DNA of 63,281 bases, counting the filler, from Folioceros fuciformis (Eukaryota): assembly GCA_049999805.1 (NCBI GenBank). It is 15 parts of 15 records of this genome, joined end to end, with 100 filler letters (N's around TTAATTAATTAA, not from the genome) between each part and the next. Parts side by side here need not be neighbours in the genome. Positions count along the whole stretch, not along the records: positions 1 to 17,550 come from JBNGIO010005272.1; 14 more parts are not named here. One strand, 5' to 3'. How positions within the stretch are numbered: the stretch's first letter is position 1; every line of letters begins with the position of its first letter. The position numbers and the translations under genes were made by a program. The notes beneath the pieces were generated by a model. The model did not search any database. It had not been told where the DNA came from and saw nothing but the letters and a program-made list of their open reading frames with translations. This document shows positions 1-12,019 of the stretch, piece after piece.

Positions 1-1002
1 CATATATAGAGACCTAGGGGGCCCCGGACCACCAAAGGCCACGGTCATACCCCACTTACCTACCTACAGACCTGGTCCTTAATGTTCTCAATGACCCGAG
101 AGGAAAGGAGGCACTCGCTCATTCCTCCTCCTTCTCCTGGTCTTCAGTACACCCCAAACCCCAAAGCCCAAGAGGGACTTTGGGCATAAACGCCCTGGTC
201 TTATTTACCTACTAAGCCGATTTGCCTGTCCCTTCACAAAAAAAAATCACAACCTGCTCATTCCAGTCCAGGTGCTGCGTGATTCCACCTCTGGGCCATG
301 AACCCAAGGCCTAGCTCCTCGACAAGCCCTCTAGCTCTGACCCTCCAGTGCTCCATGTTTGGCCAAAAGGCCAGCTCTACCCTCAAAACAGGAGGTCCCT
401 TCTCCTCTCCAATCGCTGTCTCCCCTGTTGGCAGCACCGCGAGATTTCTCATTCTGCCTGGCCGCCTCCATAGTCCCGATCGCCGCTGTTGTCCTTCTTT
501 TGCTCCGCTCCGCTCCGCTCCGCTCCTGGTCGAGGTTGCGCTCCACTTCTACTTCCGCTCCCACTCCCCGATTTGCAGTCACGCTCTTGTTCGAATCACG
601 ACTAAATCCCCCTGCCTCACCTAGGGTTTTATATCGGTCGGTTCATTCCNNNNNNNNNNNNNNNNNNNNNNNNNNNNNNNNNNNNNNNNNNNNNNNNNNN
701 NNNNNNNNNNNNNNNNNNNNNNNNNNNNNNNNNNNNNNNNNNNNNNNNNGGGGGGGGGGTGCATATATAGACCCCCTGGTACCCCCCTGACCACCAAAGG
801 CCAAGGACACTCTCGCTCATACCAACCCTCCGTCCTGTTGCTCAGTCCAGTCAAAACACCAAGGTCCAAGGAGACTTTGGGTATAAATACCCCAGTCTTA
901 TTCTCAAGCTAAGCCGTTTCACTCACACTTTCACAAAAAAAATCAAAACCTATGTATTTTGTCTCTCAAAATGGGAGTTCCGAAAGTTTTTTTTCCTCTA
1001 CA
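1..1002 (+). mobile_element. Small LTR element (family A): partial LTR 1-~255, short internal region, purine tract, complete 243-bp LTR 760-1002, abutting a LINE
   Basis: 760-1002 runs TGCATATATAG...CCTCTACA after a G-run. Similar sequence occurs at 1-255 and at 35706-35948, where it also follows AGGGAGGGGG. The internal sequence (minus-strand QRWNHAAPGL) is shared with 35000-35700. Confidence 0.6.
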
Positions 1003-2380
1003 TGCACCATTTGTGGAAGAAGCCCATCCGTTCCTACTCAATCCAATCGTCCAGAAAGGGTTTCAGCCAATGAGCTAAGACCTGTGCAATCACCTTATAT
1101 GTGGTAGTGAGCAAGATGATTGGATACCAATTAGAGATGGAGATGCCGGCATCCTGCTTGGGGAGCAAGGAAATGAAGCCCAAGTTGAACCATCTCCCCA
1201 TTCTACCTTCTGCCCTATTGCACTCAATGCCTCCATGAATAGAGGGCCCATAAACTCCCAACCCCAGAGTAGGAATTCAGGAGGGATACCATCATGGCTT
1301 GTAGACTTGTTCCTTGGCATGTCCTTCATAGCTTGAAGGACTTCATTTGCCGTAATCGGGGCATCCAACGCCAAACATTGATCCTTGGAGACCTTAGCAG
1401 GGAATTGGTCATATGTTGAGGACTAAAGCGGCTCCCACCCAGTGCTTTTACCAAGACTAGTGAATATTCCAACATAGAAACAAACAATCAATTTCTTCAG
1501 CCTTGCCAAAGATTCTTAGAGCACACTTGGGGCATTGGGTAGTGCAGGGATCCTGGATTTGTGGTGATTGGCAACCACCTTGTCAAAGAAAAATTTGGAC
1601 AAACAGTCACCTTTCTTGACCCACTTGACTTTCGCTCTATGAAACCACCCCTGGCCCTATCTTCTTTAAGCTTCGCCATGGAGCATTGTAGCTCTATATT
1701 TCGCTGCACTTCCGCTGAGGTCAATTCACACATTTTACACAAGCTTTGCAGGTACCTTAATTCATCACGCCAGAAATCCTCTTGTTGTGGCTTTTCTTTC
1801 TTTCGCTTGGCTCCTAAGCCCATTAGGAACTTACTAGCTTTTGTATTTGGTGTTATTAGCCTTTGAATTGTTGGCTCCTTCCATTGTTCTGCTACTTGCC
1901 AAATATGACTAATATGGTCATGAACTCTCTCTCATCAACTAGCAGGGAAGTCTTCATCTAGAAGTACTGACTACTTTCCCGCGACCTTCCAGCGTTCGCA
2001 TTGAGGGACAAAAACAGACTCACTAGGTGATGGTCCAAAAGGATTGTTTCTACCAATATCCCGTATTCTTGTATGAAGGGTAACCACGTCAAAGGCACGC
2101 AGAGCTTATCGAATCGTCTCGCCTCTAGATTCCGCTGTTGTTGGTTAGACCAATTGTACAAGAGAGATTGGGAGTAGCAATGCGCCCGTAGGGCTAGCCA
2201 TGGGTCCTATATTTGGAGAATAGTGTCTCTAAGCTCCTGCCGAGATAACGGCACCATTCGCACATCCCAAGTGCTATCTCCCCAAATATCCTCCCGTCAT
2301 TAGTACTATCATGAATGCCAAAGATACATGGGTTTAAGTCCATGTCTAGGATAGAATGGCTCGGACAAACCATGCAAATT
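1003..2380 (-). mobile_element. Degenerate L1-like LINE ORF2 fragment (endonuclease C-terminus, linker, RT N-terminus)
   Basis: Motifs RRFDKL...LLDHHLV (APE endonuclease end), PITANEVLQAMKDMPRNKSTSHDGIPPEF and NWYPIILLTTTYKVIAQVLA. Frameshifts and stops are present. Same family as 44179-46250. Confidence 0.85.
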
Positions 2381-3175
2381 GCTTGGAACAAAATATTCAC
2401 AAACAACATATTTATGTTTTAGTGGCCAAACTTAGCAAAGATTATAGAAATAACTTTCATTCAATGCATATGGCTTGCTATGAAAGTGGGTTTAGTGCTC
2501 AAAACTGGATAAGGAAATATAGAGCAGCATTTCTATATCACACATCTCTAAGCTATTTTGACACTTTACATACAAGCTTCAAATAACATAAAGGGATTCA
2601 ATTTATTTGATACAGCACTTAAGCTTTGGATGGAAAAAAGAATTCCTGCCATATTTTTCAGGCTATATAAATTTGAAGTTTTAGAGTTTAGGTGTTGTGC
2701 AAGCTAGTAGTACATTATTATTTAAATATTATAAATTAAATTTATTAAATTAATAAAATAAAAATATTTTTAAAGTCAAAATGACGTTAGACCTTCAAGT
2801 GAGCTCAAATGAAAAATATCTTGAGACATTAGAAAGAGAAAAAAAATTAAATCCCCTCTGAAATTTTTCTCCCGAGGTCTTAATAATAACCCTCTCTAGC
2901 CTTTCAAACTTGTATCAGTTAGGGAATTATAAACATCAATATTCTTCCAGACTAATGATCACTCATAGTCCAATTTTGCATTTTTTGCCTCTTTTCAAGA
3001 GTCTTGTGACTGTTACAGCAATTTCCTACACATACCTTGCTGGAAGGTGGGCCAGGGCCATCCGATCCCTAGCGCGCCGCGCCGCTCCGCGCCGCCCTCC
3101 ACCACCATTTTTACTCCTCGCAGCCAGCATCTATCAGTTCTTTGTCGACTCTCTCACACGCCCCTCAGCAGCAGC

Positions 3176-6161
3176 ATGGCCTCTACGGTGCTCAGCGCCG
3201 GGTTTGTGGAGTTCTTCATCCCTTTTGCGGCCATATTTGGCATCGGTTTCGCGCTACTGCAATGGTTTCTAGTGTCAAAGATCAGCGTCTCCCACTTCTC
3301 CTCTAACAATGGCTACTACGAAATCGAGGACGGCGTCGACCAGACTAGTATCGTGGAAAAGTGTGCGGAGATCCAAGCGGCTATCTCTTTGGGTGAGCTC
3401 CCCTGTGTAGTTCTGCTAGCGCTGCTGTATCTTTCATTCAACTTTTTTTTTTTTTTTTTCCTTTTTCTTCTAGCTCTTCGTACCCAGCATTCACGCCAAA
3501 ACAGGCTCTAGATCTAGAGCTTGAAACCCACAGTTTGCCAGCTCTGTGTGGATTTGCTGACCTTCGAAGTTTGCTACTTTCAGGAGCCGAGTCATTTCTG
3601 CAAACGGAGTACAAGTACCTCTCGTTTTTCATGCTTGCTTTCTCCATCCTCATCTTCCTGTTCCTTGGGTCAGTGGAAGGCTTCAATGATAGGGCTCTGG
3701 CGAATGCCTTTTTCACTACTCTGGCCTTTATACTGGGTGCCCTCACATCCACGCTTTCGGGCTACCTGGGCATGAAGATAGCTACTTACGCCAATGCTAG
3801 AACAACTCTCGAAGCGAGGAAGGGTGTCGGAAAAGCCTTCGTGGTTGCGTTTCGCTCCGGATCTGTTATGGGATTTTTGTTGGCCTCAAACGGACTCCTT
3901 GTTCTTTTTGTCACTATCCTTTTGTTCAGCTTGTTCTATGGCGATGACTGGGTTGGTCTTTACGAGGCGATCACCGGCTACGGCCTTGGAGCTTCTTCTG
4001 TGGCTCTTTTTGGACGGGTTGGAGGTGGTATATACACGAAAGCCGCTGATGTCGGTGCGGACCTGGTGGGGAAAGTGGAGAGGAACATTCCGGAGGATGA
4101 TCCAAGAAACCCTGCGGTTAGCTCTTTTTTCTTACGATGTGCTCCTTATTTGCCCGAGCAGTCTGTATGTCAGTTTTACCAAGAATCACGCATTTCTGTG
4201 CTGCTGGACAGGTCATTGCTGACAATGTCGGTGACAATGTGGGAGATATAGCTGGAATGGGAGCAGATCTGTTTGGGTCATTTGCGGAGTCTTCTTGTGC
4301 AGCACTAGTCATTTCCTCCCTCTCATCTTTTGGAACGCAGAGGGACTTTGTAGCTATGAGCTACCCTCTCATGATTAGTGCGTCTGGTGTTTTTGTCTGC
4401 TTCTTCACCACTCTTGCTGCCACGGACTGTTTTCCGGTTAAATCTGTGAAAGGCATTGAGCCCACTCTCAAGCGTCAGTTACTTATTTCAACGATTTTGA
4501 TGACATTCGTTATTCTCCTAGTCTCCTTTGTCACCCTCCCTGCCGAATTTTCCATCAACATAGTTGGTGGATCTGCAAAGGCTGTGAAGAGCTGGTGAGT
4601 ATGCAAACACGCGCTTTTAGGAACCAAAGCTATTTTTCCCAGCATGCTATGGAGACTGATGTTTACCTGGGTTGTTGCAGGCATATCTTTTTCTGCGTGG
4701 GCTCTGGTCTCTGGGCTGGCTTAATTATTGGATATGTTACAGAGTATTTCACGAGCAATGCCTACAGGTGGTGACGGTTTTGAATTTCTTGTCTTTTTTG
4801 GCACTGGAATGCTGTGTAGTTGAGTATGCTCACCCGTGTTTAGTCAGTTGCACTTTGTCGGAGTTCTCACAATCAACAACGTTTGCGATTTTGACAGGCC
4901 TGTGCAGGAGGTTGCCGATTCTTGTCGCACTGGCGCTGCAACAAATATTATATTCGGGCTTGCCCTTGGTTACAAGTCCGTTATTATCCCAGTGTTTGCT
5001 ATAGCGGCTGCAATCTATTTGAGTTTTAGCCTGGGAGGCTTGTATGGCATTGCTGTGGCAGCCCTTGGAATGCTCAGCACAATGGCTACTGGCCTTGCTA
5101 TTGATGCGTACGGACCAATCAGCGACAACGCGGGTGGCATTGCTGAGATGGCCGGGATGGCTCACACCATCCGTGAGCGGACTGATGCCCTCGATGCGGC
5201 CGGAAATACAACTGCTGCCATTGGAAAGGTACTTGTCTCGATGCTGCTCTTTCATTTAAGCTGGTTTGAGGAAGAAACCTGCCTCACTCTTGAGGCTTTT
5301 CATTGCAGGGATTTGCAATTGGGTCAGCTGCCCTGGTGTCACTTGCTCTGTTTGGTGCATTCGTCAGCAGAGCAGGAATTGCCAGTGTTGATGTCATGCA
5401 GCCGAAGGAATTTATTGGCCTAATTGTTGGGGCAATGCTTCCATATTGGTTTTCGTGTCTGACCATGAAAAGTGTGGGTACGGCTGCTCTGGCCATGGTG
5501 GAGGAAGTGAGGAGGCAGTTTAAGGACACTCCTGGATTGCTGGAGGGGGATACTAAACCGGATTATAAGAAGTGTGTTCAGATTTCCACTGATGCTTCCC
5601 TCCGAGAGATGATCCCACCGGGAGCGCTTGTTATGTTGTCTCCGATCGTCACTGGTTGGCTTTTCGGTGTATCTACTCTTGCAGGATTACTGGCCGGGGC
5701 TTTGGTGTCCGGCGTCCAGGTAATCATATTGTGTAGGCTAACAGATGTCTGTGGTTGTAGCTGTGCGAAGGTGGTGTTTGCTCTCCGGGAATTAATGCAA
5801 AATCTTTGTTGCAGATTGCTATCTCTGCCTCCAATACTGGCGGTGCCTGGGATAATGCGAAGAAATACATCGAGGTATCTTCAAGCCTCGTCCTTTCAGC
5901 TGTTTGTGAAAACTTGTTACCTCTCGGGTCATAACATAAAGTCGTCATGGTGGGCAGGCTGGGAATTCTGAGCATGCGAAATCTCTCGGACCAAAGGGGT
6001 CCGAAGCTCACAAAGCAGCCGTTATTGGAGACACCGTGGGGGATCCTCTGAAGGACACGTCAGGCCCTTCTTTGAACATTCTGATAAAGCTGATGGCCGT
6101 CGAATCTCTAGTTTTAGCCCCCTTTTTTGCTACTCATGGTGGCATTTTGGTTCGAAACTGA
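3176..6161 (+). CDS. AVP1: Vacuolar H+-translocating inorganic pyrophosphatase, type I (K+-dependent). Exons 3176-3392, 3584-4116, 4212-4594, 4681-4767, 4898-5228, 5309-5719, 5815-5874, 5958-6161
   Basis: Motifs [42 protein letters not shown] (Ala = K+-dependent type), [14 protein letters not shown]. All introns are GT-AG and the frame is continuous from ATG to TGA. Confidence 0.97.
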
Positions 6162-6519
6162 AATGACTTTGTCCAGTCCCTGGATATCGGACGACAGATG
6201 TCCTTTTAAATACAATGCCTACGTCAGATTTTAATTTCTGCCTTTTAACATTTAACTGTTATCACTACTTATCCACATATTCAGAGCATTTCTCTCCGGC
6301 GGTGTCGGTCACCCAATGTCTCAACCTCACTTCGTTGTTCAATTTGTCGCCCGAGAGTAGACTCTGTATAACTCTTCTTTAGGCAATATGTATAGAAGGC
6401 GAGATTCTGTATACACATCATAGTCTTCTAGTCAATTGCTGGAGTGGGCCTCAGACATGAGGCAGGAGCCAGTTGCCTTCGTCGCCGTTCCTCAAACCCT
6501 GCTCGTGTAGGCGAGGGTT

Positions 6520-9500
6520 ATGGACCACTCTCAGCCCCATGGTAGCGTTATTCGCTGGGGAGACTACCAGTTGCTGCTGTTGGCCAGCGCCGTGAAGAGG
6601 CATGGTACTGGAAACTGGAGTGCTATATTTGAAGAGCTGAATTCCTGCTCGCTGAAGAACGGCATCCCCCTTGCTTTATCGCCTGAGGTGCAAATTTGCT
6701 GCTGTGTGGTTCCCTCACTGTTGCCATTAAGTTAAGGTGCCGAGGTTGCTGCGAGGTTGTCAATATCCATGGTTCGAGCCATGTTTGTTTGTTGTTTCAT
6801 TTACCTTGAACCGGGATTTTCATACAAATCTTGGCCTTGGCAGGCTTGCAAGCACAAATTCGAGGACTGGCGGGAACAACATGCAAGCTGCAGCAGCAAA
6901 AGCAGGTAGGAGGCTTCCCCTTGCTTGGTTTTACGGTAATTCGCGGTCAACTCGGGTGCCTAGCTACAAGGTAATGTACATGCAGCTGGGCTCAGAGGAT
7001 CCTGCGTCACCTTCGGTGGGAAGTGTGGAGCTGGATGACTTCTCTTTGCTTCTCTGAACGAGCTTACCCTTGATTGCGCTGTCCCAGGGATCACGAGATT
7101 TGTGAAACAGTGCTAGCAGAGCTTACGAAACTGAGGGTAACGAGCCTGAAGCGAGAACTGGAAGTCTTCGATGGGAACATCGGGTCAGCCTCCAAATCTG
7201 CGAATCGCTCCCTCAAAAAACTAGTTCATTATGACCCGTTCCCCGCAATAGACGTTGTCGGGTCTTCCTCGATGACGAGAAATGTTCAAAGTGCACTATA
7301 GGTGTTTAGAGCCCATAGTTTGCTCCTTGTGCAGGTCTTTGGAGAGAAAAATCAAAAGGCTCAGAGCAGAAAGGGACCAACAGCAGGGCGTAACAGTGAA
7401 TGAGCTACTGGTGGAGAGTCTTGCGCCGGACCTTGACCAGAATTTGGACCCTTTTCTTCAAGGGCCTGGCACAAGGTTTATCATTGCAGACTTGGACAGC
7501 AGCCATGGAAATCAGCTTGAGTCGAAATGCACAGGTGCTCTTCCTGACAGCTCCCAATCTGTGGGTCCATTATCTTCCAGGACAGGAGATTCCAAGGTGA
7601 TGGTTTCAGCATCGCCTGATGTTGAAATTGTAGCGGATCAGGTAACATTTTCAGCTGCCAACGTAGGGTATAGAATCACCCAGGATGAGGTTGATAGGGA
7701 TGACGGTAGCACAGCTGTCCAACCGGAACAAAGTGCCTGTGATAGTCAGTCTGACACTAGTCCTCGGGAGGGACCCAAGCACTTGGAGCAAGCAAGCAGC
7801 AACAGTGACTTGACAGTCGTGGATGGAGCAGTGACGGTACTCAAATCTTCCATTCAGGGTTCTAATGGTTCATCATTACCACGCTTGGATGCGGCAGATG
7901 TTCAGGATGTGTCCTTGATGTCCTCCCCTGACCTTGCTTATTGTAGGTCCGTGCTGGGTACCAATAGAAATATCAAAGACCGGCCAGTGGGTCTCAAAGA
8001 TCTGAGAATTTCACACCAGGAACATCGGGCAGGCACTTTAAGTGGTGATTCTGGTTTTGCAGTGGAGTTATTGCCAGTGGATGCAGACAATTCTTGTACT
8101 GCGAAGATCCAGGGAGATGGGATAGATGATGAAGGCAATCCGAAAGTGTTTAGTCTCGATTGTAAGCCTCAAAAGATATCCCTCGGTCCATTCCTCCATA
8201 GTAATTCGTTTCGTGAAGCTGGGCAATCGCGGATCTCTGTCATTACATTGGCCCCCGCTGCAGATCTCCTTCAAGGAAACTGCAAAGGAATCCAGGTCTG
8301 TGTGGTGAAAGATTACTCCCAGTCTGACGTAGAACTACATAGTAATAGCATCCTTGGGGATATCCAGCATCACTCTGGTGTGAAGGACATAGCCAAGCCT
8401 TCATCTATACCGTCGCAAAGGGCATGGCAACATGAAGGCATGTGCCCAGTCCATACTGTTTCTCATGGGTGCGCGGAGAAACGTGAGCGCATCTCTAAAG
8501 ATCTGGCCGTCGTGGCTGCCCACAAACAGCAGGAGTGTGATGACCAAGCAAGTTACGCACATGTTAAGGTGAAGGTGGAGGAGCGGAATACAGATCGTCA
8601 AACTGGGTGGTCTGGACACAGCTCAGATCTGCGTACTGACAATCCTTGTGAAGCTTTACAGATGCACACAACTAGTTCAGATCTTTCACGTATACCAGAG
8701 CCAGTCCCTCTATGTGGTAGTCACGAGAGCATTGGTACTGCACACGAGCATGATAAGGATGGTGATGAACTCCTGGGGAGCAGGGATTCTGGTGACAGCC
8801 AGGTGGAGAAGAGTGAGGCAGGCTCTCCTCTTGATGGTATTGATGATACTTCACCTAATAATCGGAGGAGTAAACGCGAGCCGAGGGTTCCTGGGAAACT
8901 CATTCCTTTACTCGAGTGTCTGCGAGTGATATGCATGCACAAATTGTCACCCTTGTTCAAACAGAAACAAGAAAATCAGGTACTTTGTTGGTGTTCATGC
9001 GCGCAGCAAAACGGGTTCTGAGCTTAAATTGTAAGTCTGTTGTAACCTGCTGACTCTGCCTTGGTATTGGCTGCAGGACAATTCTCGGTACCATTGCTTG
9101 ATTAAAAGGCACATGGATCTGAGTGTAATACGTGCACGGCTTGAGGAGGGTGCCTATTCTGGCAGTCTGGAGTTTTTTAGGGACATGCTTCTTATTTTCA
9201 ACAATGCTCTCGTCTACTATCAAAAGGATACTCCAGAATACTTGGCTTCCAAGGTCCTTCGTGAGGTCACTATGCAGGAAATGCAGAAAATTTTTCAAAC
9301 CGAGGCTTTAATAAAGCAAGATGGGCCTGCCACCAGAAACCGAGAGCCCAAGAAGGCAGCCGATAATTCTAAAGCTGTGACTCCAAATACTGGTTGTGAT
9401 GGACGAAGAAAGGCAAGTGTGAGGCTCTTGTCAATGGACAATCGAAGTACTGATTCTACTCTGGACTTTGAAGATGTGTCAAAAAGTGCTAGTTTGAGTG

Positions 9501-10003
9501 CCATGGGTCCTAGTACCAGCAGTAGAGGTGATGGCCCAGGTAGTACAGAGGAAGATGATGAAGTCGTTGGAAGGTTGAAGGATGTAAGGAAGGGCATTCA
9601 AAATGGAACACGGGGAAAGGTCAGGCCAGAAGTAGAGTTGAAGAACGGGCAGAAGAAGGCACGGCATACAGTTTCCAAGGATGACGAATCAGTGTCTGGC
9701 CATATAGCACCCCTTAAAGGAAAAGGGAAAGAGCACGAAGAGATGCCTTATGATGAAATCAGGAGGTTTCAAAGAATACCGACCAAAAGTCTGCTGAGGA
9801 AAGATAAAGAATTAGATCATAACGCCAAGTTGACAGTTGCAGGCTTGATAGAGGTTAAGCCGAAGGGCCAATCGGGACGGCAGCAACCCGCTTCTCCTGA
9901 AGCCAGAGGACGCCCAGGTCGGGGTTCCAAGAGGTCAGGTACACAGCTGTCAAAGGAGAGCAAAAGAGTTTATAGCCAACCAAGAAAACGAGCCAGACGA
10001 TAA
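6520..10003 (+). CDS. N-terminal SANT/Myb-like + coiled-coil + bromodomain protein (plant DNA-binding bromodomain, BRD8-like family). Exons 6520-6687, 6844-6905, (6986-7015 possible), 7088-7183, 7335-8979, 9077-10003
   Basis: WGDYQLLLLASAVKRHGTGNWSAIFEEL (SANT-like); ELTKLRVTSLKRELEVFDGNIGSLERKIKRL (coiled coil); IKRHMDLSVIRARL...FFRDMLLIFNNALVYY (bromodomain). GT-AG junctions keep the frame. Confidence 0.9.
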
Positions 10004-10439
10004 CTGGTCGCCTACAAGTTGAAAGTCTGACCTTTGCAAGGGGTGTGAATCCAGGGTATTTATTGTTATCTTCTCGGAACTATGCTTTATGTTTCCGTAT
10101 GAATAACTTATCGTTTGTGATATGTAAAGCATGCCCCTCCTAGGACGCAAACCATTTGAATATAATTGTATATTTTGACATGTCATCGTAATGGTAGATG
10201 GGATATTTCTATATGTTTGTCTCAATAAGCCTCTATTGCCTTGAGATTGGATGTAGTAGTAGGGTTGTCCTCCATGAAGGGGCAAGCGCTGGTTTCCTAG
10301 GCCATCTAGTTTCAGAGCGGCCTGGGACCTCACCCATGCACTTAATAAAGGTGGATTTATTACTCAAGGTACTCAACTCTCTTGCAACACAACACAACCC
10401 GCGGGATATAGTTTGTGTAGCCCACTCTATGGTGACCAG

Positions 10440-12019
10440 CCTTCACTAAAGTAGTGGATATGCCATGTGGAGGCTCCACTTCATGGATGACGAGCCTCCA
10501 ATCCACTCCATTTTTTGGCCCTAGTTATCCACGTCTTCATATTGCTCACTATCAGTTCACCCTGCAAGACTTTCTCTAGAACAAACATCATAATACGTTC
10601 GCTTGCTCCCTTGTGTGGCATGTGCCATAAAACTCTCCACGCAGTCACATGCATAGGCTTACTAATTAAGTTGGGGTCGAAGACCGCTAGCTCAATGTCA
10701 GCATTTCCTCTCCTAGGTCGGCGTCAACATTCCTCTCATGGATGGGCGTCAACATTTCCTCTCCTAGATCAACGTCAACATTTCCTCTCCTAGATCAGCG
10801 TCAACATTTCCTCTCTTGGATCGACGTCAACATTTCCTCTCCTGGATCGATGTCAGCATTTCCTCTCTCGGATCGGCGCCAGCATTTCCTCTCGGATCAG
10901 CGTCAGCATTTCTTGTCCCAAATCGGTGTCAGCATTTCCTCTCCTAGATTTCCTCCATTTACTTCCCTTCTTTCTGTTGTCTTGCTTCGGAAGTTCTCCT
11001 CTTTCCAAGAGGCAAAAAACTTTGTCCACCTTTTCCCAAAGGTGGGGTGGCACACTAGCTATGCATGGAACGGCCATCTTCTAGTCGGTGAGATGTTGCT
11101 TCTCATCCCTATCACTAGCATCTCCAATGACCCCGAGCATTCGGTACAAGCCATATTTCCATGTCATAGTTATTGGAGTTCCCTACTCAGCAACAATCTT
11201 CAGCTCGTCGTGTATCTTCAGCCTTGACGTTGTGGTTAGTTGGTAGGCATCACATTTCCTTCTGAGTAAACTCCGCATATATATGAGCCTCCATGCACTA
11301 ATAGTGAGAGTTGTCCGGAACTTATATGTATAGTCTTTGGATTGCGCAGGAGCTGTGATTCCCTCCAAGTACCCCCATTGTGTACTTCTGCTTCTTTAGT
11401 TTCTCACGATCAAAGTCCGAGATCGTCGGGCACTCCCTAGGATATATCATACACAATAACGGCAAGACGTCTTCCGGCATAGGCCCCTTAATCTGACGTA
11501 GCAAATGTTTCCCCTATGACTCGTCCACATGCCGGATCTAAGCATCTTTTGTCAAGTAGTCCGCAGCATGCAGCATGTTGATGGTGACCATGTCGGCGTG
11601 TGGAATACACCGTTCACGATGAGCCAATTCCCGTATGAGGTTGATGGGGTCATTATGCTGAAGTGTCCTTTCAACCCAATCACTATCCTCTAGAACAACC
11701 TTTGTAATCACATGTTTGGTTCCGCACATATGGTCTTCTTCTTTTGCCCAACCTTTGCTTTTGCCTTGTGTGGAAGACCACATGTGCAATAACCCTCCCT
11801 TGGACTATTGGTTTATATGACTTTTTTTGTTTGGGTGTATGTTTTGAGTGATAAAGTGTTCATGTACTACCGAGGCAAGGCCTTCTATACTAGAACTGTC
11901 CTTGGCCTATGATAGCACCACTCCTTGGCTTTTGGTCTTTTTCCTTTTGCAAATAACTAGTCCTTGCCCCTTGAATTGTGAATGTTAGGCTAGGCTAGAA
12001 GGTCCTTGGACCTTGGCAT
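10440..12019 (-). pseudogene. Degenerate gene with a ParB/Sulfiredoxin-like domain (VLGGNH motif), probably transposon-borne, split by a 26-bp tandem repeat
   Basis: Reading through stops gives DA*IRHVDES*GKHLLRQIK...LPLLCMIYP...YTMGVLGGNHSSCAIQRLY...AHIYAEFTQKEM*CLPTNHN, then ...PPHLWEKVDKVFCLLERGELPKQ. After the repeat it continues SKPMHVTAWRVLW...FVLEKVLQGELIVSNMK. Confidence 0.6.
10692..10948. repeat. Minisatellite, ~26-bp unit (ATCAGCGTCAACATTTCCTCTCCTAG), about 10 diverged copies
   Basis: Direct reading of tandem units. Confidence 0.9.

Noticed and set aside
7282-9021. 579-aa ORF as a separate gene
   Set aside because: It is the large internal exon (7335-8979) of the bromodomain gene.
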